From Octopus sinensis (taxonomy: Eukaryota), in contig NC_043002.1 in the NCBI RefSeq assembly GCF_006345805.1, positions 90,582,001 through 90,646,000 of the forward strand: a stretch of 64,000 nucleotides of DNA, read 5' to 3'. Positions within the stretch are counted from its first letter, which is position 1, and each line of letters begins with the position of its first letter. A program made the position numbers and the translations under genes. The notes below the pieces were generated by a model, which ran no database searches, was not told the DNA's origin, and worked only from the letters and a program-made list of their open reading frames with translations. This document shows positions 49,527 to 60,848 of this stretch, in pieces.

Positions 49527-50928
49527 TAAATCAACCAGTATACCTGCTTATTGAATTAATGTACAAGTGGTAAAGGATTCCTCTTTGCATATTCTTCCAA
49601 TTATCTCTCCTTTAGATCTACTTTGATTCACTTTCTGGAATCAGTCCATTGTTGTTGTTTTTTTTTTTATAAGTGCTGAAAAATTACACCTGAAATAAAG
49701 TAAGTAATTAGATGAAGACATATTTTTTCTTTCATTAAACACTTAATTTTTAAAGTGTTAAAAGAATTTGAGAGAGGTATGTTTACAGCTCCACCCACAA
49801 ATATACTTATATACTTTAATATTGTATAATCCATTATAATGTTCTTTTGTTAAGTGGTGTCATGTAAGTAATTAAACAAATATATTATTTTGGTAATCCA
49901 TAGAGTGATAAAAGAAAAAGAGATTTAAGAGATTAATGTGAACAATTTTGCAACTCATGTATTTTAACCCTTTAGCATTTAATTGAGCCATATCTGGCCC
50001 AGATATTCTACCTGTTTTATCTTAGAATGGACTGGATCCATCTTATCACACCTAACCTACAATGTCATTCTAAAAATATACAAACCATATGCTTCCAAAC
50101 CATATGATTCTGGTAGTTCAGTCTCACTATGTAGCAACTTGGGCAAGTGTCTTATACTATAACCTCAGGCCAATCAAAGCCTTGTGAGTAGATTTGGTAG
50201 ATGGAAACTGAAAGAAGCCTGTCAAATATATGTGTGTATGTGTCTTTGAGACTGTGTTTGTCACTACCACCACCACCACTTGTCAACCAGTGTTGGTGTG
50301 TTTATGTCCCTGTAACTTAGTGGTTCAGTAAAAGAGACCAACAGAATAAGCACCAGGCTTAAAAAAGAAAATAAGTACCAGGGTTGATTTATTTGACTGA
50401 AATTCCTCAAGAAAATAACATGAATTAACAGACCTCTTTAGCTACTAACGAGATAGAAAGTGCCGAGGCATGAGTGCAGGAATTAGAAGAGATAAGTCAG
50501 TACTTTGGGGAAGAAAATGCACAAAAAGTTACTGCTATAAGAGAACAAAAAAATTAAAATATGGCAAATTAGGAAAAATACTGATCAAGCATACTATTCT
50601 AAAACCTGAGCAGCAGCAACAATCACAAGAAATATAAACTTACTAGACTAACACAACTTTCTCCTTTTATCCTCCATAGGTAACACATATACACACACAC
50701 ACACACATATATATATAGAAGGGGCTGTGTGGTAAGTAGCTTGCTTCCCAACCACATGGTTCTGGGTTCATTCCCACTGCATGGCACCTTGGTCAAGTGT
50801 CTTCTACTGTAGCCTCATGCCAACCAAAGCCTTGTGAGTGTATTTGGTAGATACTTAATTTATTGACCTTGAAAGAATGAAAGCAAAGTCGGCCACTAAA
50901 CATTCTGCCAGCTCCCCACCTTCATAAA

Positions 50929-50990
<62 letters not shown>

Positions 50991-51329
50991 TAATAATAAT
51001 AAAGGTTTCAAATTTTGGGAGAAGGGGTTATTCAGTTACATCAAAATGCCTCTGAACATTTCACCTAGCATGCTAACAAATCTGCAAGTTTAAAAGTGGC
51101 CAATAAATCTCTAGAGAGAATCAAACCATGTGCCTCTCAAATTCCAACTGAGCTCTCTGTACCATTAAGCTAAGAAACCTCTAACACTATTTCAGAATAT
51201 TGGCAATTGTTTTAAATGATCACCCCTGGTTCATCATATTGTAGACTGTTCCCAGCTCTTATAGAAGCTATTACTACATTTAGCAATGTATGCTTTATTC
51301 AGTAATGTCCTTCACCACTGCCTGCTTGG

Positions 51330-51650
51330 CACTCTGTCAGTTATGACAATGAGGGTTCCAGTTGGTCCGATCAATGGAACAGTCTGCTCGTGAAATGGAC
51401 ATGTATGTGGTTGAGCACTCCACAGACACATGTATGCTTAATGTAATTCTCAAGGAGATTCAGTGTGACACAGACTGTGTGACAAGGCTGGTCCTTTTTT
51501 GAAATACAGGTACAACTCATTTTTGCCAGCTGAGTGGACTGGAGCAACATGAAATAAAGTGTCTTGCTCAAACGCAACATGTTGCCAGGAATTGAACTCG
51601 GGATCTTACGGTTGTCAGCCGAATACCTTAACCACTACGTGCCTTCACAG
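51330..51650 (-). mobile_element. CORE-type tRNA SINE carrying the family C type-1 tail
   Basis: Sense body 'ttgagcaagacactttatttcatgttgctccagtccactcagctggcaaaaatgagt' (CORE-like), then the tail shared with 14876-15264. Confidence 0.75.
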
Positions 51651-52019
51651 TAATATCCAGTAATATGTAGGGGCTTAAAAATAATATTATTTTATATGCC
51701 ATACGAGTATTCCATCCTCTACATACATGTGAGGGCATATGGCCTAGTGGTTAAGGTGTTATACTCACAATTGCAAGATTGTGATTTCAATTCCTTTGTG
51801 TGTTGTGTTCTTGAGCAAAACACTTCATCTCGCATTGCTCTGCAATCACTTTGACACCTAACCTGTATACACTGTGCATTTATTAGGCATTGTTGATTTG
51901 ATGGAGGGAATGAGCTAATATACGACACATACATTTGATCACTATAAACAAATCATTTGTGCAGTTTGTTCAGCAAGAACTAAACACTCATACATTGTCT
52001 TCAACGGGGGGGAGTTCAT

Positions 52020-52330
52020 CATATACATACATACATACATACATACATACATACATACATACATACATGCATGCATGTATACATACATACACACATACAT
52101 ACATGCATGCATATCTACCTACCTATCTACCTACATACATACATACATACATACATACATGCATGCATACATACATACATACATGCATGCATGCATGCAT
52201 GCATACATACATACCTACCTACATACATACATACATACATACATACATACATACATACATAACTACCTACCTACCTACCTACCTACATACATACATACAT
52301 ACATACATACATACATACATACATACATAA
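52020..52330. repeat. (TACA)n/(TACC)n/(TGCA)n compound microsatellite
   Basis: Direct reading. Confidence 0.95.
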
Positions 52331-52796
52331 CGGATGACCATGTTTGGCAATAGTTTCATCATTCATTGAGAGTAAGGTTGATATACAATTCTGTTCAATA
52401 ATTGGCTCAATGTTATTGTCAATATTTCTCAGTTTTGATTCATTGTCAAAACTATACCTACAGTAAACACTTCTCTAATGGAGTCAATTTACTTGTTTAC
52501 AAATCTGTTGAGTAAATATGACTTTTACCCACTGAATTTAATGTAATACCTTAATAAAAGTTTCACATTCAGTTGCCATGCATCTTTTCCCATTAAAAAT
52601 TTCTCATATAAACAATAATATTGATAGTAATAATAATTCTTTCTTACACAAACCCCAGTTCTTGTTTTATTGGCTCTGAAAGAATGAAAAGATGAAGTTG
52701 ACCTTAGTCACATTTGAATTAGAGCATTAAAGCTGCAAGAAATGCCATTAAGCATTTTATCTGTCATAGTAAAGATTCTACCAGTTTGCCATTGTA

Positions 52797-52837
<41 letters not shown>

Positions 52838-52846
52838 TAATAATAA

Positions 52847-53391
52847 ATGCCATGATGCAGTGCCAGGCACTGGCTCTCATGGTATCTGATCTTGACTGAT
52901 TGGAAGTGTTGCCACGTACATGTTTTGTCTCAGTGTAAAAGATGGGCTGCTGCAAATATTCTGCTCAGTACAACAGATTTGTTACTTGACCATAACTAGT
53001 TGAGCATGTCCTTGGTGACTGATGATATGTGCATCTGATCATGAGCAGAAGTAGTAGGGCAGCATCATAGCCATGTGTCGAGAGGAATTCTTTGGGGTTT
53101 GAATAATTCCCCTCTGGAAACATTGGTGTTTTGTTCAACATCCTTAAACAACCATTATTCAGGGACCTTTTGATCGGGATGCGTTACTTGACCAGAAGAA
53201 AATTCTAATTGGGCCCCACCTGCAAGGTCATGCACTGTTTGTTTTGATATGAGATCATCATGTCATGCACATATGGTTGTGATGCATGTGCCTGGTGCAC
53301 CCATATCATTTAAGTAATCATGATGGGTATACTGAACTTTGTATATTTGTACTCCAGTAACACTTTGATGGCATGCACTGCTCCCTCACTC
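52847..53391. mobile_element. Family H repeat, second copy
   Basis: Colinear with 30202-30756; flanked by (AAT)n. Confidence 0.8.
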
Positions 53392-53727
53392 AATAATAAT
53401 AAATGATAATCCTTCCTACTAAAGGCACATGGCCAACAAGTTCAGGGTATGGGGTGAGTCTATAACATTTGGCCCCAGTATTCAACTGGTACTTATTTTA
53501 TTGAACCAGAAATGGTGAAAAGCGAAGTTAACTCCAGAAACATTTGAACTCAGAATGTGAAGTTGGTAGAAATGCTACTAAACAGTTTTTCCGGTACAAT
53601 AATGATTCTGCCAACTCACTGCTGCTGCTGCTGATGATGATAATAACAACAACAACAATATTGTTGATGTTGCATGTTTGACCCCTGATGTGTGTATCAC
53701 ACATCAGGGGTCAAAATGATTGCAGAG

Positions 53728-54039
53728 TGGAGGTACATGGCCTAGTGGTTAAAACAGCGGACTCGCGGTTGAGGGATCATGGGTTCGAATCTCAGACCGG
53801 ACAATGTGTGTGTTTATGAGTGAAACACCTAAGCTCCACGCGGCTCCGGCAGAAGGTAATGGCGAAATTCTGCTGACTCTTCTGCCACAACTTTCTCTCA
53901 CTCTTTCCTCCAGCATCTTGCAACTCACCTGCGAAGGACCGGCGTCCCATCCAGGTGGGGAACCTATATGCCAAGAAACCGGGAAACCAGCCCTTATGAG
54001 CCAGGCATGGCTCGAGAAGGAACAAACAAAACAACAAAG
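53728..54039 (+). mobile_element. SINE with C-like head/body and a third tail (type 3), nested in a CORE-type SINE
   Basis: 11-bp TSD 'tgattgcagag' at 53717-53727 and 54040-54050; host SINE head on the minus strand to ~54160. Confidence 0.85.
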
Positions 54040-54894
54040 TGATTGCAGAGCAATGTGAGATGAAGTGATTTGCTCAATAACACAACACACCACCCTGTCT
54101 AGGAATTGAAACCATGACATTGCAATTGTGAGTGTAGCACCCTAATCACTCAGCCATAACAACCCTTTCTACTATAGACTCAAGGCCTGAAATTTGGGGT
54201 GGCAGGAAGCCAGTCTTTACATCAATTCCAGTGTTCAACTAGTACTTATTTTATCAACTCAAAAAAGGATGAATGGCAAAGTGAACCTCGACACTATGAT
54301 GATGAGGATAGTAATGATAATGGTGTATGCATGTGTGTAAAGATATTGCTTTGTGTGTATGTGAGTAGCATAAAGAAATGTATTATATCAACATGCTCTT
54401 GTGTTAACTTTATTCTCATTTAATCAGTTTGATGTATATTCGATGCAAAATTATCATTGTGTAGTCGTTATAATATTAATGTTGGCGTTTTTATCGTTAT
54501 CAAAATAAATAAAATTTGCACTACTTTCAGTGTAACAAACTAAGCTACTTCCCGTTTTCCGCTCTTATATCAACTGTATCATAACAAGTTTATATTTTAA
54601 TTATAGGAGGAAATAATCATGTTTTTATATTGAAATCTTTATCTATCCTGATTGTAAATCAGAAACAATCCAGTTATAAAGTAGCAACAACAACTACAGC
54701 TACAACAACAATAATTAAGGGCTATAGTAGTATCGCAAACAGTTGAAATTAACAAAAATTAAGCCTCTACAAAAAGAATAAAAATATGTGTAACAAAACA
54801 AAAATCCTGACATTCTCTTTCCATCTCTTTGATGCCAAAGGTTTTATGTCAAGCTCAGATTTTTTTCTCACCATCCTTTCTCTCTCCATATATA

Positions 54895-54976
<82 letters not shown>

Positions 54977-55948
54977 CATTTATATCTATCTATACACATG
55001 CACACACATGCATACACATCACACACTCGCTTTCAGATCATAACCACATATTTTCAAGCAAACAATCATTATCATAAACTTATTACTAAAAATTCATATT
55101 AGCTGTTCTGTTAATGATTGAGGTTGGCAGTGTTGGATACAAAGACTAACCATATTTCCTGCAATCCCCATCGGAACAATATTTACTTTTCTTTAATAAT
55201 TTTCATTATCTGTTTGTTCGTTTCTCTTTGTCATCATACTTATTTTTGTAGTGATAGTAGTAGTAGGTAGTTATTGTTGTTGCTGCTGCTGCTGTAATTC
55301 CTATGTTCTTTTCATCAAACTACTTCGATATTTGCTCTGTACATATATTAATAACAGGTGCATCATTTAGATTTTTGATGCTCCATATTTATGATTTATT
55401 ACTGTTCGCTGAGTGAGGAACACTTTATTTGGGAGCTTTAAATCTATTAAATTGGTTCCTCATTAAATGTTCTTCTTGTTTATTTTTTTTTATATCCCAT
55501 TTTTCTACATTCCATATCATTAAGAATCAGATACATATTTATTTCTTTATTGAGATTCTCATGTGACTTTTATATTTATCATTTCAATTCCAAGTGAGTT
55601 TACACAGAAAAATCATATGTCTATTGATTTCAATCTCGTGCAGCTTACAATTATGAACCACATGTGTTGTTGTTGGTGTTATTATTATTATTATTATTAT
55701 TATCATAATTATTATTATTATTATAGCATCAAACACAAAGCCTTATAGTATTTAGTTATGGCCCTTGACATTCAGAGTTCAAGTCCTGCTGAAATCAACT
55801 TTGCCTTTTTGGTGTCGATAAGATGAAGTACCAATCAAATACTGAAACTTACTGTATTTAGCAGGATATATCTCAGACATTTGAAGCCTTGTGCTTAAGT
55901 GTATGCATGACTGTCTTGGTAGAAGAGTGCTTTGAGATGTTAACCACA

Positions 55949-56098
55949 GAAAGGTGTTATGAGCACAAATCAGACACTGTGATAGGAAGTGAGAATTCCA
56001 AGATTTTCTGGGACTTCCTCCATAAAGACTGACCATACGTTTGAAACAAGAAGACCTGATATGATTATAAAGGACAAAATAAATAAAAGATCATTGAC
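55949..56098 (+). pseudogene. Restriction-like endonuclease fragment of an R4/Dong/NeSL-type non-LTR retrotransposon
   Basis: CYEHKSDTVIGSENSKIFWDF / IKTDHTFETRRPDMIIKDK (one frameshift) fits the family motif WYEH.P..V.EN...KILWDF.IQTD......RRPD. Confidence 0.7.
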
Positions 56099-56295
56099 AC
56101 AGTTCTATATTTAAGAGATGAGGAGTTATTACATTATTTACATTATTTACATTTGATGGATATTTGTTCTCATCCTGTTTCTTAACACAACGTTTCGGCA
56201 TATGGCATAGTGGTTAAGAGCGCAGGTTACTAACCCCAAGATTCTGAGTTCGATTCCAAACAGTGATCTAAATAATAATAATAATAATAATAATA

Positions 56296-56352
<57 letters not shown>

Positions 56353-56368
56353 TAACATCGAAAAATAT
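56099..56368. mobile_element. Third copy of the Penelope-derived element: inverted 3' part fused to the tRNA-like head
   Basis: 56099-56199 is the reverse complement of the repeat end up to 'ccgaaacgttgtgtt'; 56197 onward reads 'ggcatatggcatagtggttaagagcgc...gagttcgattcc' + (AAT)n + 'aacatcgaaaaata'. Confidence 0.8.
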
Positions 56369-56579
56369 AATGGTTAGTAATGTTTGTTACATCTGCTTTT
56401 CCATACTTGCATTGGTCTGGTCAGCAACCTTTCCAACACAACGTCTTACCACTTACTGCTTTTGTCATCCTTTTTATGAGTTTCAATATCTCACCCTCCT
56501 TCTATCTGATCTTGAGATCAGTTTTTACCTTTTCCACTAACTTGTATTATTTACTTACAGTTTGAGAAGTACATCTAGA

Positions 56580-56990
56580 CTCTCTTTTACTCTTTTACTT
56601 GTTTCAGTCATTTGACTGTGGCCATGTTGGAGCACTACCTTTAGTTGAGGAAATCGGCCCCAGGACTTATTCTTTGTAAGCCTAGTACTTATTCTATCGG
56701 TCTCTTTTGTCGAACTGCTAAGTTACGGGAATGTAAACACACCAGCATCGGTTGTCAAGCGATGTGGGGGGGGGGGCAGACAAACACAAACGCACAAACA
56801 CACACACATATATATACATATACATATATACGATGGGCTTCTTTCAGTTTCCGTCTACCAAATCCACTCACAAAGCTTTGGTCAGCCTGAAGCTATAGTA
56901 GAAGACACTTGCCCAAGGTGCCATGCAGCGAGACTGAACCCGGAACCATGTGGTTGGTAAGCAAGCTACTTACCACACAGCCACTCCTGT
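56580..56990 (-). mobile_element. SINE family A, full length
   Basis: Head, body and tail as in the other copies. Confidence 0.9.
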
Positions 56991-57441
56991 GTCTGTAGAG
57001 ATTTTTTTGGTTTTTTTTACAATACAAATAATTAAATACCATATTTGATGGATTTAAAAAAAATCATACTTCTTAATTTTGGTAGACCTTTTCTTGAACC
57101 TCCACTTGCCAACATCAACTTGGTTCCTGTATTTGTAAGATACAGGCTGACTTTCTAGAACCTATATTTTCTTTTATCATCATCATCATCTGCTGTCCAT
57201 GCTGGCTTGGGTTGGACAGTTTGACATGGAGCTGGTTACCTGGATGCTGTCCACACTCCATCTCTCTGTTGTGACATGGTTTCTATGGCTGGATGCCCTT
57301 CCTAATGCCAACCACTTAGCAGAGCGTGTTGGGTGGTTTTTACATACCACCAGCATTGGATTCAATCCTGTTTCTCTCCACATATGAATCTCAATCCACA
57401 ATTCAGTCATAGTTTGAACATGTGTGCAACTGAGATTTTAT

Positions 57442-57545
57442 CCAATGAATGGCTGTTGTTCACATAATAGTTTGGTGGTCTGACTAGAACTTTCCATGGG
57501 CAGGGCCTATAAATACAGCCAAATTTAACGCCAAAATTCATAGTG
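57442..57545 (+). promoter_or_regulatory. Candidate Pol II core promoter (CCAAT, TATA, Inr-like)
   Basis: CCAAT 57442-57446, TATAAATA 57508-57515, 'ttcA' with A at 57540; motif spacing only. Confidence 0.2.
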
Positions 57546-58193
57546 TTTTGAGTTGAGTTGTGTTACTTCTAATAGGTTTCTCACAGCTGTATATTCCATT
57601 GAGGATAATCAAAGAAGACACATCATGGCCCCTGAATATTTTCTTAGTACATAAAAAAAACGTAGCCTCCCACCCTGTGTTGAGTTGTTAACAGAAACTT
57701 TCCCTACATTTCATATTACGCTGTTTCCATTATTTGTATTGTATGAACACTTTTCCTATTAACGTAACATATAAATTATGTTCCAACACATAAACCCTCA
57801 CCTCCCACCTATTACTCTACTTTATAAACAATCAAATACATCTTGGATAATACACATGAAATGTTCAACATTAACAAATGCTATGTGAGAAAACCCTATT
57901 TATAGATCTTATTATTAATTTTTGGAACATACCTATGTTTATCCATATAACTAATCTATCAATGTGGTTGAGTAATATTCCAGTTATGCCAATTACAAAA
58001 CTGGAATATTTCTTTCAAGAAAAGTATCACATGTTAACTGTCCTAAATTTTTGCCAAATTGTCTTTTTTTATTTAAATATTTTTTTTTTAAATGTGATGG
58101 AGAATTTTGGTTTATCAATAAATGCCACTAAGTTAATAGAAATCAGTCAGTCATTTGGTACTCACTCATTCTTAGATTCTCTCTCTTTCTTTT

Positions 58194-58229
<36 letters not shown>

Positions 58230-58674
58230 TCACACACCCACACAGTTGTGGGCTGAGCTAGAATTTGTTTATAAACTGTAAGATGATAGAACAGAGAATT
58301 CTTGTTTATTACAAAAATTCTTGTAAATTCTTGTCTAGCCTCACATCAGTCCATATCGAGCTGATCTCAGGTTAAAGATCTTTGAGCCATGCCCATCCAG
58401 TCTTATTGTTAAATGGTAGTCTGTAATTTTAAGGACATTTGACTGCTATTTTTAGCTGGCAGATTGACAATATGTGGTGCCTCATTGTCATAGGTGACAA
58501 AGGACATATAATTCAACAGCAAACCTACTGAATGAATGTTTGTGAGGGGATTGCCCCATTATTTAATGTTGACCCAATCTGCTTATATAAGATTGCAACA
58601 TTGTCTCAGTAGTACCAGTAATATTTTTGGTATATGGTATATCTATTTTCTCAGGTCATCATATTTGGTTTACC

Positions 58675-58905
58675 TATTTCTTTACTACCCACAAGGGGCT
58701 AAACACAGAGGGGACAAACAAGGACAGACAAATGGTTTAAGTCGATTACATTGACCCCCATGCGTAACTGGTACTTAATTTATTGACCCCGAAAGGATGA
58801 AAGGCAAAGTCGACCTTGGCAGAATTTGAACTCAGAATGTAACGGCAGATGAAATATGGCTATGCATTTCGCCCAGTGTGCTAACGTTTCTGCCAGCTTG
58901 CCACC
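58675..58905 (-). mobile_element. SINE family B (alternative tail), monomer
   Basis: 10-bp TSD 'ttggtttacc' at 58665-58674 and 58906-58915. Confidence 0.88.
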
Positions 58906-59552
58906 TTGGTTTACCACTGTTGAAAATCAGTTGTGAGGATAGACTCTTGGATAAGACCTAATCTACCACATGAAACAAAATCCTTTCAGTGTTCTACAAC
59001 AACAATAATGACAACATTTAGTATATGCTAATTCATTTGGACTCTTGTTGTTCAAACTGGATTCTTCCTTTATGTTTCAAAATATAGTGTGCCTTGTTGT
59101 TGTTTTTATTGTTGCTGCAGTATAGGAATGCAAAAGTGTTTGAATATATGTGTACTCTTTTTCAAGTTTCTGATGTTTTCGTTTATTTCATCTACTTACC
59201 TTTCACAATCTGTTTTAAGTTCTGTCTCTCTTTACCTCTATCACTCTTCATTTATTTTCCCCATTCTCTTTATATGTATTTGCAAGTGTGTGTCTGTATA
59301 TGTACAGATATCTGCAACTGTAATGGTTGGATATACATGCATTTCTATTTCTCCTGTTTTCCTACTACATCCTTTTCTCTCTATCTCAATCCTATTTTTC
59401 AGAAGAAGAGTATATACTCAAAATATTAAAGACATATCCTCCCTCCCTCCTTCCATTTCCTGAGTGTCAAACTAATAGTGGTTCTGTGTTTACATTTTAT
59501 CTCATCTGTATGTTGTATTTTTTGTCGCCTTTTCACTATATATGTATATATA

Positions 59553-59609
<57 letters not shown>

Positions 59610-59620
59610 TTATATTATAT

Positions 59621-59953
59621 CTAGTTTCAGCTCACGAGCTGTGGCCATGCTGGGGCACCACCATTTGGTGTTGCTACATAATTTTACTTCACAAATGCTT
59701 TTTAGGAATTGACATTTGGTGCATGAATGAGTTTGATGCCACTGCCCTCATCTGTACCTCCAGCCGCGAAGTTGGCTCATCTGGGACACTTGACAGTAAG
59801 AGGTCCAGCTTTATTTTGAAGACACCTACATCCACCCCATGAAGGTCTCTCAGGTCCTTTGGGAGGATATTGAAGAGCTGTGGACCTCTGAAGCCCAGGC
59901 TATTGCAGTATCTTGTCGTATATCTTGATGGCAAATTTGGAGTCCTTGGCACT
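59621..59953 (-). mobile_element. Short 5'-truncated copy of the CR1-like LINE
   Basis: PRTPNLPSRYTTRYCNSLGFRGPQLFNILPKDLRDLHG... closely matches 60849-61100; same 3' tail. Confidence 0.9.
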
Positions 59954-59994
59954 ATACCCTAACATAGACTCATAAGACATATATATATATTCTC

Positions 59995-60170
59995 TACTTG
60001 GACAGGATGCAAATCCATCACAGGATACTCATTTTTGGCAGCTGAGTTGATTGAAGCAATGTGAAGTGTTTTGCTCAAGAACACAGCACACCGCCCAGTG
60101 CAGGAATTGAAATTACACTCTTGCAATCATGAGTGCAACACTCTAAGGACTAAGACATGTGCCTCCACAC
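59995..60170 (-). mobile_element. CORE-type tRNA SINE with a short type-3-like tail
   Basis: Sense 'gtggaggcacatg...ttcttgagcaaaacacttcacattgcttcaatcaactcagctgccaaaaatgagtatcctgtgatggatttgcatcctgtcca'. Confidence 0.65.
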
Positions 60171-60630
60171 ACACTATATATATGAATTGATTATAATTGT
60201 TAGTTATAGCTACAAGGCCTGAAATTTTTGTGAGGAAGGAGCTAGTTGATTACATCAGCCTCAGTGCTCAACTGGTACTTAGTTCATCATTGATTATAAT
60301 AAACAGGAAGAATAGTACTCAATACAAGTTGTAAAGTATAATTCAGCTTATGCCATATCTATAGTTATACCATCTTTTCATATGTAGCCAACTTTTTAGA
60401 TCACAAACATTCCGAAAACATAGAAAAGAGAAATTAATAATATTAGTAGGAATTAATGCAAACAAAAATGTTTGAGTAACATATAAAGATAACTCCAGCT
60501 AAATAAATTATACCTGTGTGTGTGTGTGTATAAATTTTTATATTTCTGTTTAGAAAACAAATATTTGTATATTTATTTGTATTGAGTTCTTTAATGTGTG
60601 ACTGATCTTCTTAGTGGCCTGATTAAGGAC

Positions 60631-60724
<94 letters not shown>

Positions 60725-60848
60725 TTTACATGTATTCATTACTCACAAAGATATATATATGATTGATTGATTGATTGATTCTAGTTTCAGCTTATGAGCT
60801 GTGGCCATGCTGGGGCACCGCCATTTGGTGTTGCTACTTGGTTTCACT

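Noticed and set aside
57618-57645. MAPEY resembling a kinase APE motif; VAIK at ~46315 on the minus strand
   Set aside because: Isolated 4-5 residue matches with no other kinase subdomains in frame.
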